DNA from: Chrysomallon squamiferum
Lineage: Eukaryota; Animalia; Mollusca
DNA: 64,000 nt
Reading direction: 5' to 3'
NCBI GenBank assembly: GCA_012295275.1
Contig: CM022669.1
Location: 16,616,001 to 16,680,000 of the forward strand
A program made the translations under genes and the position numbers. The notes under the pieces are model-generated. The model had not been told where the DNA came from. It made no database searches and saw only the letters and a program-made list of their open reading frames with translations. Within the stretch, counting starts at the first letter, position 1; the number at the start of each line of letters is the position of its first letter. Positions 59,280 to 64,000 of the stretch are shown one piece after another.

Positions 59280-59440
59280 GGATTAATCAGCTTTGATTGA
59301 TGGGAAGGCTGCGCGTGCCTCGCAACCAATCAGCGCCGGGATAACGTCAGACTAATCAGCTGCCGGTTGGCTTCAGTTATTGTTCTGCCAGCGAGAAGCA
59401 GACGACAACAGAAGCCGGCGACAATGGAACACCGGTAAAA
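59280..59440 (+). promoter_or_regulatory. Candidate core promoter antisense to SK, inside an SK intron
   Basis: CpG-rich patch; AACCAATCAG at 59324; Inr-like TCAGTT at 59373; Kozak-like acaATGg at 59424. Confidence 0.35.
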
Positions 59441-60034
59441 AAAAATTAACATGCGTAATTTCCGTTAGAAGATGTTCTCTCCTGGTTACCAGCTGAAATC
59501 AGAGTTTTATTAAGCGTCTATCAGATACAACAATGAAACATCGGAAACAGTTAAGAATGCGCAGAAAGTCTCTCTCTTTTTTTTTTAAGAAGAATTCTCC
59601 ATGCTGTCTACGAATCGAAAACCAACAATTTAAGTGACTGCGTGGACTTTGATTGACCCATACACAACGGAAATTTCCAGGTGAATCAAACTAATCACTT
59701 TTGTCAAGCATTGATTTAAGATTTATATGCAGCAGGTGTGATATTCTCGCGTTCTAACTAAAAGCGCGGGGAGACGGCAGGAAACGAACATTATTTTTAT
59801 TTACACATGAATGGATATTACAAGAACGTTTATCGACACACATGAACGCGCACCGGCAGACATACATATGCATGCACCAGCACAAAACTCGGTATTCGTT
59901 TTAATTAGCTACATTAGCAAACTACACATTTCCGTACCTAACTAATTTTCGTCATGCCTGTTGGACAGTAAATGGTTAATATTATTGTATCTCATACAGA
60001 GCCCAAACAAAGCAACAGCTACACAACAACAACA

Positions 60035-60073
<39 letters not shown>

Positions 60074-60264
60074 GTAATACGGCTATATAAAACATCCGTG
60101 GAAATTCTTTATTATTTATAATTATTTAATTTTTTTCTTTTCATTTTCATTGCTTCACTGATATAATAAATATCTACAAATGCATCTGTGTTTGTTTGTA
60201 TGTTCGTGTGCACGTGCATGTGCGTGCTTCTGAATGCGACATTTAATGTCGGAGCTTCAGGTGT

Positions 60265-61200
60265 TGTGCATGCGCCTATAAGAGTGTGAATACGCCTGTA
60301 AGTGTGTGAATGCGCCTATAAGAGTGTGAATACGCCTATAAGAGTGTGAATACGCCTATAAGAGTGTGAATACGCCTGTAAGAGTGTGAATACGCCTGTA
60401 AGAGTGTGAATGCGCCTGTAAGAGTGTGAATACGCCTGTAAGAGTGTGAATGCGCCTGTAAGAGTGTGAATGCGCCTATAAGAGTGTGAATACGCATGTA
60501 AGAGTGTGAATACGCCTATAAAAGTGTGAATACACCTGTAAGAGTGTGAATGCGCCTATAAGAGTGTGAATACACCTGTAAGAGTGTGAATGCGCCTATA
60601 AGAGTGTGAATACGCATGTAAGAGTGTGAATGCGCCTATAAGAGTGTGAATACGCCTGTAAGAGTGTGAATGCGCTATTAAAAGTGTGAATGCGCCTGTA
60701 AGAGTGTGAATACGGCTGTAAGAGTGTGAATGCGCATGTAAGAGTGTGAATACGCCTGTAAGAGTGTGAATACGCCTGTAAGAGTGTGAATACGCCTGTA
60801 AGAGTGTGAATACGCATGTAAGAGTGTGAATGCGGCTGTAAGAGTGTGAATGCGCCTATAAGAGTGTGAATACGCCTGTAAGAGTGTGAATGCGCCTATA
60901 AGAGTGTGAATACACCTGTAAGAGTGTGAATACGCCTGTAAGAGTGTGAATACGCATGTAAGAGTATGAATGCGCATGTAACAGTGTGAATGCGCATGTA
61001 AGAGTGTGAATACGCATGTAAGAGTGTGAATACGCATGTAAGAGTGTGAATACGGCTGTACGAGTGTGAATACGGCTGTAAGAGTGTGAATGCGCATGTA
61101 AGAGTGTGAATGCGCATGTAAGAGTGTGAATACGCATGTAAGAGTGTGAATACGCATGTAAGAGTGTGAATACGTATGTAAGAGTGTGAATACGGCTGAA
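60265..61200. repeat. 20-bp minisatellite (AGAGTGTGAATRCGCMTRTA), about 46 copies
   Basis: Exact 20-bp register maintained from 60281 to 61200. Confidence 0.98.
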
Positions 61201-63758
61201 TTCACACTGATCAGAGTACAACAAAGACATTTATGATACATTTGTGTGTCCATAAACATATTGGAAGAAAAAAATATTTTTAATTAAAACGTTAAGTGAA
61301 CCATTTACAAGTGACTATGGTGAATGAATTAAGCTGATATATTATCGGCTTTAACACGCCTACACGGCATTAAACAGACCAGAGCATGAAATATGACACT
61401 GTTACACGAGAAATGTCAGTAAATAGAAATAACGTATATTCAGTAATCAAGTCTTAAAATATTTATAAAGAATAAAAAGAGAAGCCTTAACAAATCTATA
61501 TTTAGAGAAAAAACAAAAAACAAAAAACAACAACAATCAAAACAAACAATAACAATTAATGAATGTAAACAGATAATAATAACAGTAGTAGAATAACAAC
61601 AACAACAATAGCAATAATAAATAAATAAATAATAATATATAAATAAATAAATAAATTTCACAAAAATAAGTTTGTTTTTGTTATCTTTTTTGTTCCCTTT
61701 TTTTTTTGTTCTTCTTTATTTATTTATTATTTTATTATTATTATTATTATTATTTTTTTTCATTTCCCCCTACTTTCATTAGCATACATATGAACATAGC
61801 TCCATTTCCCACATATCAATATTCACAACACAACATTTGGACGAATACCCTAGAACTAATGCAAACACTTAGATGCAGTTCTGGCGCCGTTATTCAAGCA
61901 CGGTTTTTCATTAATGCGAAAGAGAAACAGAACTTAAAACACAAACACACACAACACACACAAACTCCAGCACGTTCTCTTCCTCTTTCTTAATGGTGAA
62001 AAGATGTCGAAGGGTTAATGCCCCTGTCAGAAATAACCACTTGATGTCGCTTCAGCGGATGGAGACTGGGAAGCAGACGGGCATAAATTTTGTACAGCGC
62101 CAGGAATAAAGACTTTGACAGGGACGCGGGGCGATTTCTCGCGATTAAACTACAGTAACTTAATGCGATATCAATACGCATGCGTGCAGCTCACTTCCTG
62201 CTTAATGAAGTATTAATTACTGGCAAGTGACTAAACTGATCATTATTACTTTGCTGCGGAACTCGTGTAATATGCATGTATAAATGGCAGCGTTAATGAA
62301 CCATTGTAATTCATTTTCTCTCGTTCATTTGCTCTTAGAAAACACCCACCCACACAGGCTCACACAGACCCAGACACAGACACAGACATATCGTTGGTTC
62401 ATTTTTCTGTTCCAAGAATAACTATTCTTCTTAATTAACTGCGTATCATTTCAGAATCAAATATATAATAAAATAAAATAAAATAAAATAAAATGTAACA
62501 AGCAAGTACGTAAGTAAGTAAATAAATAAGTGAATAAATAAATAAATAAATAAAAGGTAATGACCATAATGATTAAAATTATATAATAAACTGTAATTAT
62601 TATGTATAGGAACAGATCTGTTTATGACTTCCCGAATTCTAAAAGTTGGCGAAACCTTTTTTTCCTTAGTCGAAAAGAAAAACTTAATCTTATAACCGTG
62701 ATTCTTTACCAAGCCACTCCTTATCAGTATACAGTAGACTGGTTTTAAGTGTTATAACAGTCCCGCTAACAGCTGTCAGCGCAGTATTGCCAAAAATACC
62801 AGTCATTATATGGCTTGTCGTTATTATTAAACGTGCAGATAAAAACACTTCATAGCATTATGAACCCTTGTTATTTGTTCCACAAACAGGTATCATTTAA
62901 GCACTGAGCGGCACAGATCTTGAATACCATGTATGATGGAATTTGTAAGTTAACATGGATGACTTCAATGACTTAGCCAGGCTGAGTGTAGAGTCACTTC
63001 AAAAGATAAATTCTTGCTGGTTATTTTTAATCATATTTTTTTGAAAGATTACTTCTGTTGACGTGCCTGCCAAGGACATAGTTCTGCAAGGGAAATAACC
63101 TGAAAACCTTTGTATACCAGATTTTTAATTTTTAATGACAGATACAAAGAAGATTATTTAAAGGAATATCGATATAAATGATTCCTTTTTTAACCGATAC
63201 ATTATTCTTTGGTGCTCTTTTTACGATCACACGTTGATGTTAATTTTCCAGAACAACTGATAGAAAACAAAAGCTTCTATTCTCAATGCAGAAAGATCTG
63301 TTTAGGAGCGAATGCTGCATAATGTTCCGAGAGTAGTGAACTTGGACCATTAAGTTACCATAATCATAATTATGCAGACACCAGATTCAAGCCAAAACAT
63401 TAACTGACAACAGACAATGTCAGTATGTGTTTCTTTATAGCCATGGTGGTCTGTTATAACGTAATCTAATGCACATTTTTACAAACAGTAATGTGGGTGT
63501 CATTGCCACTGTATCACTGATCTGGTGGTTAAAATAGCTTCCAAAGTCTGGTATCAGCAGGGATCGAATCACGCTATGAGCTCTTATGTAGAGTTAATAG
63601 AGAACGTGGAAGGCAATTAAATTATCTCTTTTCTTTAACAAGAATGTTCTGAACAACTGCTTCTTATGCATGCGCTCTAACCATTGAACTCCAGTGTACT
63701 GAGACATAGAACGTCGAATCTTGTAATGGGTTAATAATTGAATTAGTCAATAAGACAT

Positions 63759-63762
<4 letters not shown>

Positions 63763-63839
<77 letters not shown>

Positions 63840-63847
63840 GTGTGTGT
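63763..63847. repeat. (GT)n microsatellite
   Basis: Direct reading. Confidence 0.95.
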
Positions 63848-64000
63848 ATTCATGTAGCCTTACATATGCTGCAAAATGGAATATTGCTGCAAAAATTATA
63901 ATGAAATCGTAACAATACCATCGTCGAAAATAAGTTAGATTTTCTGAAAACGCCCAGAGGCAAACTGATTGCCATTATATCTGTATATAAATGTGTGTGT

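Noticed and set aside
60265-61200. CRISPR-like regular array
   Set aside because: Units are contiguous with no unique spacers, there are no cas genes, and the context is a eukaryotic intron; it is a minisatellite. The overlapping ORFs (60596-61259) are repeat artefacts.
63550-63695. tRNA or tRNA-SINE-like A/B box remnants on the minus strand
   Set aside because: The boxes are degenerate and about 100 bp apart, with no cloverleaf; too weak to call.

Overview
AT-rich, microsatellite-dense eukaryotic (animal) DNA. The repeat style suggests an invertebrate, probably a mollusc, but this is inference only. Almost all ORFs in the supplied track are simple-repeat artefacts. Reading both strands for splice sites gives four spliced genes with frame-consistent exon chains. 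(1) An ANKDD1-like ankyrin-repeat gene (minus strand, 10 exons from 22235 to 178, continuing off the left edge), with an acidic first exon and one GC-AG intron. (2) A complete mitochondrial methionine aminopeptidase METAP1D (minus, 7 exons, 31641-26969, 352 aa). (3) A complete Canopy/CNPY2-type saposin-fold ER protein (plus, 5 coding exons, 33490-37953, 282 aa), head-to-head with METAP1D, with a divergent central motif and a long acidic KEEL tail. (4) The last five exons of an SK/KCNN Ca2+-activated K+ channel (minus, 55168-46134); its pore exon was not found and presumably lies right of the window. Also present are several minisatellites, a MITE with perfect TIRs, RFX X-box and CRE/E-box motifs, and a candidate antisense promoter inside the SK intron. 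No prokaryotic features, CRISPR array or demonstrably new system is supported. The best leads are the atypical Canopy protein, the nested promoter, the X-box cluster and the satellite architectures.
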